Shown: positions 39,200 to 52,386 of the stretch, in pieces | Layout: each line of letters opens with the position of its first letter | Numbering within the stretch: position 1 is the first letter of the stretch | NCBI GenBank assembly: GCA_964016885.1 | Contig: CAXHJY010001472.1 | Location: forward strand, 186,001 to 250,000 | Source: Eledone cirrhosa | Lineage: Eukaryota | Length of the DNA stretch: 64,000 nt | Direction: 5' to 3' | Notes under the pieces: generated by a model | Seen by the model: only the letters and a program-made list of their open reading frames with translations | Told to the model about the DNA's origin: nothing | Database searches by the model: none | Made by a program: the position numbers and the translations under genes

Positions 39200-40205
39200 G
39201 AATGTATACAAAACAACTAAATCTCTTAAATAACTTCACTTATATCCAAAATATGATTTGTATATACATCAACAGTGACTCATTATTATACGCCAGTCAC
39301 GACCCCACTGCAAAAAAGATATCTATATAACAACCCCCCCGTAAAACTACTCTTCCCCACTTTACAAACACTTTATATTATTTGTCATTAAGGTTTCTTA
39401 AAATAAATATATATACGTATGTGTAGTAATTAGTACGGAGACTGAGAGAGAAGGGGCGAGTGTGTCTTCATGGAGGGCACATGGGACCAGCAAAGCCCTA
39501 AAAGTAGAGACCAGTAAATGAGATAAGGTCCTAGCTTTGTTAAGAATATAAATAAGAAACATGTTCTATACATTTAAGAAGACAAGAGAAACATGTTCTA
39601 AACATTTAAGAAATAATTATTTACCTCTTTCATGTCGGTAATATAGCGGTGTTATAAAACTAATTATAACGACCGGTGTTAAAATAGAGAGAGATAGACA
39701 GATAAATGTGTGTCACACTCTCACCCTCTCTTTAAATCTTTTACACTATCTAACTCGTACTTCTCACACTCTCTTTAAATCTTTTACTCTATCTCCCTCT
39801 TATTTCTATCTGTGTACATATATATGTGTATGTATGTATCTGTCTATGTGTAACTCGGTGTACTGGAGCAATATGAGGTGAAGTGTCTTGCTCAAGAAGA
39901 CATTTTGTGGAGTTATATCATCGTTTCTTGTTATAAAGCTACTTATACTACCGGCGTAACAGTGGCTATAGGTGATAGATGTAGAAATAAAAGGCTGTAA
40001 CAGCGATATAAATATAGATGAAATAGTTTACCACGAGACTAAGAATGAATGTTTAATGGAATTAAGTGTAATCTAATAGGAAATAAGAGGCTAGAGCAGC
40101 GAAATGTTTACGTAAAATAAAAGAACAACAAACAAGAGTGCAACATTGAAATTTTTGTTTTATTTTCTCGATATAAGCGTTATTTTATGCGCGATTTGCC
40201 TTGCT

Positions 40206-40318
40206 GCCGGCGTTGCTCAGTCAGTAGCAGCCCCGCTTACGAAGTTCAGGAGCCAACGACTTTACATGGTTCGAATCTCACCCTCTCCGCTCTTGTCGAG
40301 TTATCTCCTACTCTTTTT
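40206..40318 (+). ncRNA. Candidate Pol III small RNA, copy 7
   Basis: As copy 4. Confidence 0.45.
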
Positions 40319-41076
40319 ACTTAGTTCCAGGTCATTAAAATAGAGCAAAGAGGTCGCGGCGATCGGCATATGCACTGGCTACAATGTTGAACTTTGGTAC
40401 TGACTGCATAGTTGAACGTTCCACATACCAACCGCCCAACTGGCCAGTCAACCGCAAATACGGCTGGCTGGCCGGTTGGGTAGTTGGCATATGTACTGAC
40501 TGTCAAGTTGAACGTTCTAACCCTCTCTTTACATCTATTGCTCTATCTACCGCTTATTTCTCTCCCTCTCTTTACTTCTATAACTCTATCTCCCACTCTC
40601 TTTACATCTATTACACAGTGTCTCCCTGTATATATACACGTATATATGCACTAGATTTTATAAGAAATCTACGTAATAATATAATTAACAATAGTTGATG
40701 AATTAGACCAGAGTTAATTAAACAATAAATATGAATGAAATAGCAGTAGATGGCGAAACTTGAGTGTTGTGTGTGCATACATATATATGAGGTAAACTGG
40801 TTCAAATACTGTCAGGATTATATTGGATCAAAGACTGTATTAAATAGAAAGTAAAAAATGAAGTGAAAATATAAAAACAAACTGAAAATTTCCCCATCCC
40901 TAGAAAAATTCATATCTTGTTATATATAGATAATTGGCGCTTTAAATTGAATAAATATTCATTTATATATATATATGTATATATATATGTACACTGATAT
41001 ATATGTGTGTGTATATATATATATATATGTATGTGTATATGTGTATATATATACTAATATATATATATATATATAT

Positions 41077-41417
41077 CAACTTCATCATACGTCCGCTTTT
41101 CCATGCTTGCAAGGGTGGGGTGGGAGCTGATTCTGGATTGGTTTCTACAGCTGGGTGCCCTTCCTGACGCCAATCCAGTTTACAGTGAGTGCTGGGTGCT
41201 TTTTTTTTTTCCGTGGCACCTCCACGTCAGCTTTACAGAGCGGGCTGGGTGCTTTTTTGCCGTGGCGCCTCCACGACCACTTTACGGTGGGGTGGTGGGG
41301 TGGTATGTGTATACCCAGCCCATTGTCATTTCCCACCCAGAAAAGTTCATAGCACCGTTCTTTACCCACGATGAATCTAGCAGACCCACCCCTCCACCTG
41401 GTCTCTTGAATACAACA
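41077..41417 (-). mobile_element. Bipartite RTE derivative truncated by the 5-kb block
   Basis: Homology to 5497-5836 stops at ctcttgaatacaaca|gtgg. Variant allele ELFWVGND. Confidence 0.8.
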
Positions 41418-42560
41418 GTGGTTTCACTAAAATAAAAATTAAATTAAATTAAATTAAATTAATTATATTAGATAAATAGACATTGGGGTTCTCACCAAAG
41501 ATTTTCAGTTATTTCTAAGAGATGTAAAAGGAAAATTAAAAAAAGATTAATAGGACACATTAGACATGTCTCCAAGCAAGAATTGAACTTACAGACAAGG
41601 ATCTCACCATCTCTGGTACTTCCCACTAAGCCACCAAGACTGCTACAAAGGTCTATTGAAAATTAATATTTATAAACCTACTTTCAAAATATAACTAATT
41701 TAATTAAAAATAAAATAAAATAAATAGACATTGGCGTTCTCACAAAACTTTTTCAGTTCTTTTTTCTAAGAAATGTCAAAGGAATATATATATATATATA
41801 TTTTATTTTTAATTTTATTTTGAAAGTAGGTTTATAAATATTAAATTTCAGTACATCTTTGTATCAGTCTCGGTAGCTTAGTGGGAAGTACCAGAGATGG
41901 TGAGATCCTGTTCTGGGTGTTCAATCCTGGTCTGAGGGTTGAATTGGGGACTCAGGTTCAATCCTGGTCCATGAGATACATGTAAGGTGTCATGTTAATC
42001 TTTTATAATTTTCTTTCTATATCTCTTTGAAAAAGAGAACCCCTATTTATTTAATTATATTGAATTTAATTTTTTATTTTAGTTAAATTGTCGAAAACAC
42101 TGAAGATCTAAAGGTTGAGGAGACAATATGTCTATTTTATCTGTCTCCTCTAACTTTAGATCACCAGTGGTTTTGACAATTTAACTAAAGTAAAATAAAA
42201 TAAAATTAATTAAATTATATTAGATAAATAGACATTGGGGTTCTCACCAAAGATTTTCAGTTTTTTCTGAGGAAAATTTAAAAAAAGATTAACAGGACAC
42301 ATTACAGCAATGATTGAACTCCCAGACCAGGATTGAACCTACAGACAAGGACCTCACCATCTCTGGTACTTCCCACTAAGCCGCCAAGACTGCTACAAAG
42401 GTCTGCTGATAATTAATATTTATAATTTCAAAATAAAATTAATGTTATTAATTTTATTTAAAAATAAAATAAAATAAATAAACATTGGGGTTCTCACAAA
42501 ACTTTTTCATTTTTTTTCTAAGAAATGTCAAAGGAATATATATATATATATATATATATA
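41418..42560. repeat. Direct-inverted-direct triplication of an AT-rich unit with a tRNA-like (A/B box) core
   Basis: Core gcttagtgggaagtaccagagatggtgag..cct..gttcaat on minus at about 41581-41645, plus at about 41865-41970 and minus at about 42312-42392. Fold-back junction at 42078-42189. Confidence 0.85.
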
Positions 42561-42562
42561 TA

Positions 42563-44490
42563 TCATCATCATCATCATCATCATCGTTTAACGTCCATAT
42601 TCCACGCTTGCATGGGTTTGGACGGGAATTTTCCCACTTGAGGCAAGAGTGGTTGTCTTGCTCGCATAGGACTGTCTGGCGGGTTTTCTACAGCTGGATG
42701 CCCTTCCTAACACCAACCGCATTTACAGTGTGGGACTGGGAGGTTTTTACCGTGTTACCTACACGGCCACATTACTGCGTGGACTGTGTTTTTTTTTTTT
42801 GTCGTGACACCTACACGACCTCATTTGTTTCGGCCTGGATGTTGTGGCACCAACATAACTTTACATTGAAAGGGGCGGTGTGGATGGGGTGGGGGTGTAT
42901 TTTGTTAGAGGTGCCTACTGACTGTAGTAGGTTTTACTTTGTATCTAGGTAAGGCGGGTCTTCTCTATTACTGAGTACCGCCAAAGATCTCGGTCCAGTG
43001 ACATTGTCTTGGAGAGGTGTAAGTGTGTGAGGTCGGAATTTATCAAGTCGTCCCAGGTTTTTCTGGGTCTGCCTACTCCGTGGCTACCGTCTATCTTTAT
43101 TGCCCTGCATTTTTTTTATACAGCTGTCGTCTTTCATCCGCATCACGTGGACCATACCAACGTAGTCTTCTCTCGAGTACACAACATCTGATCCCTCTTA
43201 TTTCTAATTTTTCCCTTAGTTCGTTTATGCTTTGCCGTTCACATATATTACTATTACACATCCAGCGAAGCATGCAAGCTTCGTTCCTCTCTAGTCTGCG
43301 TATATCCTCTGCACACAATGCCCAGGTCTCACTGCCATGCAACATTGCTGTTCATATGCAGGCATCATACAACCTGCCTTTCATTTTTAGGGAGAACCCT
43401 TTAGCGGCTAATAGTGGTATAAGCTCTCTGAACTTTTTCCATCCAGTTCTGACTCTAGCTACTGTACTTTCAGAGCACCCTCCCCCACTGCTGATTTTGT
43501 CACCCAGGTAACGGAAGCTGTCCACTATTTCTATAGAACCCTCTGCGCAATTGAAAGAGCTAGTATTTTGTGGGCACTTGCTGCTACTTATTGCACCAGA
43601 GCACCGGCCACATGTAAAATCTATGTTCTTAGTTAGCTTACCTGTGATCCCACTACATCTTTTATGAACCCATACTTTGCATTTGGGACATAAAATGGAG
43701 TTTCTACCTACGCCTTTCCTACACACTGAGCATGGCCATTTCCCGGAAGGGACCGGCGCCTTATTTTCTTTCCTACAAACTAGAACTTTAGTCTTAGCCA
43801 GGTTAATTTTAAGGCCTTCTGATTCTAGGCCTTGCTTCCATGTTTGGAATTTCTTCTCTAGCTCGGCCATTGATTCAGCTATGAGCGTTAGATCATCTGC
43901 GTATAGGAGTTCCCATGGGCAGCCGGTCTTGAACTCCACTGTTATAGCCTGAAGGGCAATAATAAATAGTAGGGGGCTAAGGACGGAGCCCTGATGAACA
44001 CCAACTTTTACGCTAAACTCTTCACTATATTCGTTGTTAATTCTAACCTTGCTGACTGTTTCTTTATACATGGCTCGTATAGCTCTCACAAGCCATTCCT
44101 CAACACCTAGTTTTCTAAGAGCCCACCAGATAATGGAACGGGGGACTCTGTCGAAGGCTTTCTCCAAGTCAACAAAAGCTAAGTATAGGGGTTTACTTTT
44201 AACTAGGTACTTCTCCTGTAGTTGTCGTACAATGAAAAGAGCGTCTGTGGTACTTTTACCTGACACAAACCCGAACTGCATTTCATCTAGATCAATTCTC
44301 TCTCTGATTAGTTGCGCTATTACTTTTTCCGTGACCTTCATGACCTGGTCGATTAATTTAATGCCTCTATAGTTACTCCTATCTAGGGCATCTCCTTTAC
44401 CCTTGTAACAGTTAATGATGATGCTGCTACGCCAGTCCTTCAGAACAACCCCATTCTGTATGACTTGGTTTACTATCCGGGTGACCATTA
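42563..44490 (-). mobile_element. 5'-truncated RTE-clade LINE (RT, PHD-like finger, C-terminus, 3' UTR, (GAT)n tail)
   Basis: ORF 43352-44608 has NYRGIKL, QFGF, FVDLEKAFDRVP, GVHQGSVLSPLLF, LLYADD, CSVC..CPKC..WVHKRC..CGRC and FRYLG. ORF 43097-43345 has MLHGSETW..RRLRWYG. Confidence 0.95.
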
Positions 44491-45282
44491 CGTGTATACA
44501 TCTGAAAATGTATATATGTATGCAAAGATATAAGTAAACATACATGTATACATATAGATGGACAGTTATGCATATACAATAACTTATTTCTATACATACA
44601 TATACCACAAGTAAGGCATGGTGCTGCCAACTAACCAGACCTCCCTCATAATGGACCAGCTAGATCCCAAAATACAGGCCTGCTTGCCAACACACAGTCC
44701 CAATAAGTGTAAGTTACAGCGCAGCTATCTGGACAGACTTGTCTTAAGACTACACACTATCCCACTACATCTTTTGTATACTATATATATACTGTTTATA
44801 TATATATATACTATATATATATATACTGTTTATATATATATACACACATATAATTGTGTATTCACACATTATCTTAGTAATGAAATAATTAATAATTTTA
44901 GTAAATTGTTCAAAATTCTTCATTAACCCTTTTGGTAGAAACCCAGCCAAAATTAGTTCTCGTACTATGGAAATGGTTCCTATCTAAATTAAAGTCTTAC
45001 AACAAAATTCTATATAACAACCATATGGTAAGTTACTATGTTAGTAATTAACTAACAATTGTGATAAATAGCTCAAAATTATTCATAATTAATTGAATTA
45101 TAAGGTTCATAATTATAATAAAATCTTCAAATAGGCTACGAAACCGGTAAACCTGAAAGGTACACAACACACACACATTGCTATAGCGTTTCACCAGCCC
45201 CTTCCTTCCTGAATTATTACAGAGATGTGTGTGTATGTAATAATTATTTGTATAATGTGTGTCTATTTATGAATATGTATGA

Positions 45283-46040
45283 GTAGATGTGTGTGTGTGT
45301 ATCACAGTAGATGTGTATGTAACACAGTAGATGTGTATATGTAACAGAGTAGATGTGTGTTTGCATGTAACTCAGTATATGTGTATGTAACTCAGTAGAT
45401 GTGTGTGTGTAACACGGTAGATGTGTGTGCGTAACACGGTAGATGTGTGTGTGTAACACGGTAGATGTGTGTGTGTAACACGGTAGATGTGTGTATGTAA
45501 CAGTAGATGTGTATGTATGTAACACAGTAGATGTGTATGTATGTAACACAGTAGATGTGTGTATGTAACACAGTAGATGTGTGTATGTAACACAGTACAT
45601 GTGTGTGTATGTAACTCAGTAGATGTGTGTGTATGTAACTCAGTAGATGTGTGTATGTAACACAGTAGATTGTGTGTATGTAACATAGAAGATGTGTGTA
45701 ACACAGTAGATGTGTGTGTATGTAACACAGTAGATCTGTGTGTATGTAACTCAGTAGATGTGTGTGTATGTAACACAGGTGTGTGTATGTAACACAGTAG
45801 ATGTGTGTATGTAACATAGTAGATGTGTGTATGTAACACAGAAGATGTGTGTGTATGTAACACAGTAGATGTGTGTGTATGTAACTCAGTAGATGTGTGT
45901 GTATGTAACACAGTAGATGTGTGTGTAACACAGTAGATGTGTATGTAACGCAGTAGATGTGTGTGTATGTAACCCAGTTGATGTGTGTGTATGTAACACA
46001 GTAGATGTGTGTATGTAACATAGTATATGTGTATGTAACT
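45283..46040. repeat. ~20-22 bp minisatellite (GTAACACAGTAGATGTGTGTAT)n
   Basis: Directly visible; source of the HTHLLCY ORFs. Confidence 0.95.
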
Positions 46041-46173
46041 AAAGTGTAACGTACGTTACAAATGGACGACAAAATGATTTTAACTTGTTTTTTAACAATT
46101 GATGGTGGAAAAGATTTTAAATTGTCTTAACTCAGACCATAAAGGGCCGCAACACATGGAGTCTGACACTCTT

Positions 46174-46257
46174 ACCGGCTACATAGCCTGGGCGTCTATT
46201 TTACCGCGACCGGCTACATAGCCTGGGCGTCTATTTTACCGCGACCGGCTACATAGC
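46174..46257. repeat. 35-bp tandem repeat, about 2.4 copies (about 1.4 copies near 56015)
   Basis: accggctacatagcctgggcgtctattttaccgcg starts at 46174, 46209 and, partially, 46244. Confidence 0.9.
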
Positions 46258-47018
46258 ATCTTCCTAAAATCTTCCAACATAATTTTATACAAGAACCACA
46301 TGTTAAGTTACTAATAAAATAATTAATAAATAAAAACATTAGTAAGTCCTTCAAATGATATCTCAGTAATGAAATAATTAATAATTGTTATAAATACCTC
46401 AAAATTCCTCATTAATTAAACCTCATTAATTAATTAAGCCGCTGAAAAGTGCAACAGATGCCCTCTTCTTAGTGAGACAACTACAAAAGAGGTTCTTAGA
46501 GAAAAATAAGCCACTATACTTAGCTTTGGACATAGAGAAGGCTTTTGATAGAGAACTCTTATAAATGACAACATATATATATGTGTGTGTATATATATGT
46601 TTTTTTTTAAACTATATATTTATTACTCCCTTAAGCAGAAGAAATATATTCCCAGATATCGAAGATTACCACAATAACTAGGGAGCGGAAATCAATAGAT
46701 GCTGGACATTGCTGCTGAGGGTAGGATGACCTGATGAGCTGGCTCCTGTGGTGGATACCTAAACATAGTAAGAGCCTAGTGGGATGACTGAGGTTCACCT
46801 ACATACATCAGATGTCTCTGGATCTCCAGCTGGAGATTAATGATCTCAGGAATGCCATGAAAAATCGTGACATCTAAAAAAGAAGAGTAGAATTGTTCTG
46901 GCCAATCCACCTGACCTAATAAACAATAATAATATTAATATATATTGATGAAAATTAATTATGGTGAAATATCTTAGAAATCATTCTCAGAGGTTTTGTA
47001 TTGTAATCCACACTTGCT

Positions 47019-48985
47019 CCTTGTGGCTTCTGATGCAGACATCATGTCCGCCATCAGGTCCTTCCCAGCTAGCAGCTGCGGAGATGTTGATGGTCTCTGA
47101 CCAGGCCTCCTCAAGGAGTTGATATCTCCCCTCTCCGCTGAGGCCGGGCGCCGCCTTCTGAGTGCAATTGTGGCGCTCACCAATAGGCTCATCCATGGCG
47201 CCCTGGACTCTTATGCTCGAGGCCTCTTTTTTTCGGCCAGCCTCACCGCTCGCAGGAAGAAAGAGGATGGCATACGCCCCATTGCTGTGGGCAATGTCTT
47301 CCGGAGGCTGGCTGCCAAGGTAATCTGCAAGTCCGTAACACTCGGAACCGGCATCCAGGGCCTCCAGCCACCTCATTGTCAAGTTTGACATGAGGAATGC
47401 CTTCAACTCTTTACGCTGGGATCATCTGCTCGAGGCCTGCCTCAGCCGAACCCCCTCTGCCTACCTGTCATATGGAGCCCCAAGCATGCGCCATGCTGCT
47501 GATACGGTCATACCCTTGGCTACTGGGATCCAACAGGGCAACCCTTTGGGACCCCTCCTGTTCACCCTTGGTATTGACCACATCGCCTGGAGTATAACGG
47601 CCCCTCTCAACGTTTGGTATCTGGATGATGCTACTTTGGGTGGGCCCGTACAGGCGGTCTGCCATGACCTTAAATCGGTGGTTCCTGCCCTGGCGGGAAT
47701 CGACCTCCAGGTCAACTCAGCCAAGTCGGAGGTGGTGAATGTCAGCCTCGATGCTGCAAGCTTTGCAGTCTCCGTCTTGGACGTGCGGTCCATTCTCCGC
47801 CAGGTTCAGGTGACCCCCCAAAGAGGATGCCCTCACCGATCCACCCGCCGGCCATCCGCTCCTCCATCAAGTCCAGACTCTCACGAGCCGACTGGGCTTG
47901 ATTGATGGCCACCCAGTTCTCTTTCTGCTGAGGAACTGCTACGCCATGCCGAAGCTCCTCTATACACTCTGTGCTACACCTAAACTTGTATCCGAGCAGC
48001 AGCCGATGAGATATGCAACTTTACCTGTCAGGTATGGCGGCCTTCGCCTCCAGTCCCCGATCTCACTAGCTTTGCCGGCGTATCTTTCGTCGGTAACCTC
48101 GTACCACGTCCTCTTCAGCAGGGTTCTTCAAAACACAACAGAACCCTCTGTGTTCAGAGAACGCGTGGCCGCCTGTGAGACGTGGGACCGGCTGGGACTT
48201 AGCCCAGTAGACGTTCCTCCTCCTTCTCCCCCTGTTGACGTCAAGTCCCCCCCAACACACTTGGGATGCCATCCAGTGCAGCCTGGCCTCAGACAGGCTC
48301 ACGTGCCAGCTCGACCAGCCCCGCCTTGTTTGTTTTCGTGCAGCCTCCAAACCCCACAGTGGGGCCTGGCTCCATGCCCTGCCCTCCTTCTCCACTCGCA
48401 CACAGCTAGACAACAATAGCTTGCGCATCGGCGTTTCCCTGAGGCTCGGCCTCACACCAATGTCGCTGCCGTTCCACCATGGACTCTTTCGGCCTCCACC
48501 CGCAATCCACGCCATGCTGCCCTCAACGAAGTCATTAAGCATGGCTTGGACGCTGCAGGCTTCCCTTCCCAGCTCGAGGGGACGGCAAAAGGCTAGATGG
48601 CATGACCATCTTCCCGTTCCGCGGTGGCAAACCCCTCGTCTGGGATGCCACTTGCACCGACACTTTCTGCAGCCGCAACCTGGTGCAGTCTGCGACTGGC
48701 CCAGGTTCTGCTGCACGTCAGGCTGAGGGGGCCAAACTCCTCACATATCGTTCACTCTCCGACAGGTTTGCGGTCGTACCCCTGGAAGTGGAGACTTCTG
48801 GTGTCCTCGGCCCCAGGGCTACCTCCTTACTCACCACCATAGGCGCTGAGCTGGCCAGCCGCAGGTGTGAGCCCCGCGAGTTGGAGTGGCTTTTCCAGCG
48901 CGTCTCCCTTGCCGTGCTCCGGGGAAACGCCTTCTCCATTCTGTCCGCCGGGGCTGTGGGTGGGTCCCATCGCGTACCGTTATGA
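47019..48985 (+). mobile_element. CRE-clade retrotransposon remnant, copy 8 (type A)
   Basis: Same ORF fragments as copy 1 with a few SNPs. Confidence 0.88.
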
Positions 48986-49979
48986 ATGTATACAAAACAA
49001 CTAAATCTCTTAAATAACTTCACTTATATCCAAAACATGATTTGTATATACATCAACAGTGACTCATTATTATACGCCAGTCACGACCCCACTGCAAAAA
49101 CGATATCTATATAACAACCCCACCGTAAAACTACTCTTCCCCACTTTACAAACACTTTATATTATTTGTCATTAAGGTTTCTTAAAATAAATATATATAC
49201 GTATGTGTAGTAATTAGTACGGAGACTGAGAGAGAAGGGGCGAGTGTGTCTTCATGGAGGGCACATGGGACCAGCAAAGTCCTAAAAGTAGAGACCAGTA
49301 AATGAGATAAGGTCCTAGCTATGTTAAGAATATAAATAAGAAACATGTTCTATACATTTAAGAAGACAAGAGAAACATGTTCTAAACATTTAAGAAATAA
49401 TTATTTACCTCTTTCATGTCGGTAATATAGCGGTGTTATAAAACTAATTATAACGACCGGTGTTAAAATAGAGAGAGATAGACAGATAAATGTGTGTCAC
49501 ACTCTCACCCTCTCTTTAAATCTTTTACACTATCTAACTCGTACTTCTCACACTCTCTTTAAATCTTTTACTCTATCTACCTCTCATTTCTATCTGTGTA
49601 TGTATGTATGTATCTGTCTATGTGTAACTCGGTGTACTGGAGCAATATGAAGTGAAGTGTCTTGCTCAAGAAGACATTTTGTGGAGTTATATCATCGTTT
49701 CTTGTTATAAAGCTACTTATACTACCGGCGTAACAGTGGCTATAGGTGATAGATGTAGAAATAAAAGGCTGTAACAGCGATATAAATATAGATGAAATAG
49801 TTTACCACGAGACTAAGAATGAATGTTTAATGGAATTAAGTGTAATCTAATAGGAAATAAGAGGCTAGAGCAGCGAAATGTTTACGTAAAATAAAAGAAC
49901 AACAAACAAGAGTGCAACATTGAAATTTTTGTTTTATTTTTTCGATATAAGCGTTATTTTATGCGCGATTTGCCTTGCT

Positions 49980-50092
49980 GCCGGCGCTGCTCAGTCAGTA
50001 ACAGCCCCGCTTACGAACTTCAGGAGCCAACGACTTTACATGGTTCGAATCTCACCCTCTCCGCTCTTGTCGAGTTATCTCCTACTCTTTTT
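49980..50092 (+). ncRNA. Candidate Pol III small RNA, copy 8
   Basis: Boxes intact; one substitution (agtaacagc) weakens the 5' hairpin. Confidence 0.42.
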
Positions 50093-50759
50093 ACTTAGTT
50101 CCAGGTCATTTAAATAGAGCAAAGAGGGCGCGGCGATCGGCATATGCACTGGCTACAATGTTGAACTTTGGTACTGACTGCGTAGTTGAACGTTCCACAT
50201 ACCAACCGCCCAACTGGCCAGTCAACCGCAAATACGGCTGGCTGGCCGGTTGGGTAGTTGGCATATGTACTGGCTACCATGCTGAACATTGTACTGACTG
50301 TCAAGTTGAATGTTCTAACCCTCTCTTTACATCTATTACTCTATCTACCGCTTATTTCTCCCCCTCTCTTTACTTCTATAACTCTATCTCCCACTCTCTT
50401 TACATCTATTACAGTGTCTCCCTGTATATATACACGTATATATGCACTAGATTTTATAAGAAATCTACGTAATAATATAATTAACAATAGTTGATGAATT
50501 AGACCAGAGTTAATTAAACAATAAATATGAATGAAATAGCAGTAGATGGCGAAACTTGAGTGTTGTGTGTGCATACATATATATGAGGTAAACTGGTTCA
50601 AATACTGTCAGGATTATATTGGATCAAAGACTGTATTAAATAGAAAGTAAAAAATGAAGTGAAAATATAAAAACAAACTGAAAATTTCCCCATCCCTAGA
50701 AAAATTCATATCTTGTTATATATAGATAATTGGCGCTTTAAATTGAATAAATATTCATT

Positions 50760-50794
<35 letters not shown>

Positions 50795-50894
50795 GTACAC
50801 TGATATATATGTGTGTGTATATATATATATATATGTATGTGTATATGTGTACATATGTATGTGTATATATATACTAATATATATATATATATAT

Positions 50895-51235
50895 CAACTT
50901 CATCATACGTCCGCTTTTCCATGCTTGCAAGGGTGGGGTGGGAGCTGATTCTGGATTGGTTTCTACAGCTGGGTGCCCTTCCTGACGCCAACCCAGTTTG
51001 CAGTGAGTGCTGGGTGCTTTTCTTTTTTACGTGGCACCTCCACGTCAGCTTTACAGAGCGGGCTGGGTGCTTTTTTGCCGTGGCGCCTCCACGACCACTT
51101 TACGGTGGGGTGGTGGGGTGGTATGTGTATACCCAGCCCATTGTCATTTCCCACCCAGAAAAGTTCATAGCACCGTTCTTTACCCACGATGAATCTAGCA
51201 GACCCACCCCTCCACCTGGTCTCTTGAATACAACA
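50895..51235 (-). mobile_element. Truncated bipartite RTE derivative
   Basis: Same breakpoint as 41417. Confidence 0.8.
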
Positions 51236-52385
51236 GTGGTTTCACTAAAATAAAAATTAAATTAAATTAAATTAAATTAATTATATTAGATAAATAGACA
51301 TTGGGGTTCTCACCAAAGATTTTCAGTTATTTCTAAGAGATGTAAAAGGAAAATTAAAAAAAGATTAATAGGACACATTAGACATGTCTCCAAGCAAGAA
51401 TTGAACTTACAGACAAGGATCTCACCATCTCTGGTACTTCCCACTAAGCCACCAAGACTGCTACAAAGGTCTATTGAAAATTAATATTTATAAACCTACT
51501 TTCAAAATATAACTAATTTAATTAAAAATAAAATAAAATAAATAGACATTGGCGTTCTCACAAAACTTTTTCAGTTCTTTTTTCTAAGAAATGTCAAAGG
51601 AATATATATATATATATATTTTATTTTTAATTTTATTTTGAAAGTAGGTTTATAAATATTAAATTTCAGTACATCTTTGTATCAGTCTCGGTAGCTTAGT
51701 GGGAAGTACCAGAGATGGTGAGATCCTGTTCTGGGTGTTCAATCCTGGTCTGAGGGTTGAATTGGGGACTCAGGTTCAATCCTGGTCCATGAGATACATG
51801 TAAGGTGTCATGTTAATCTTTTATAATTTTCTTTCTATATCTCTTTGAAAAAGAGAACCCCTATTTATTTAATTATATTGAATTTAATTTTTTATTTTAG
51901 TTAAATTGTCGAAAACACTGAAGATCTAAAGGTTGAGGAGACAATATGTCAATTTTATCTGTCTCCTCGAACTTTAGATCACCAGTGGTTTTGACAATTT
52001 AACTAAAGTAAAATAAAATAAAATAAATTAAATTATATTAGATAAATAGACATTGGGGTTCTCACCAAAGATTTTCAGTTTTTTCTGAGGAAAATTTAAA
52101 AAAAGATTAACAGGACACATTACAGCAATGATTGAACTCCCAGACCAGGATTGAACCTACAGACAAGGACCTCACCATCTCTGGTACTTCCCACTAAGCC
52201 GCCAAGACTGCTACAAAGGTCTGCTGATAATTAATATTTATAAACCTAATTTCAAAATAAAATTAATGTTATTAATTTTATTTAAAAATAAAATAAAATA
52301 AATAAACATTGGGGTTCTCACAAAACTTTTTCATTTTTTTTCTAAGAAATGTCAAAGGAATATATATATATATATATATATATAT
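51236..52385. repeat. Direct-inverted-direct triplication, second copy
   Basis: Matches 41418-42560; fold-back at 51896-52007. Confidence 0.85.
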
Positions 52386-52386
52386 C

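Noticed and set aside
45283-46257. CRISPR-like array
   Set aside because: Plain tandem repeats with no unique spacers, eukaryotic context and no cas genes.
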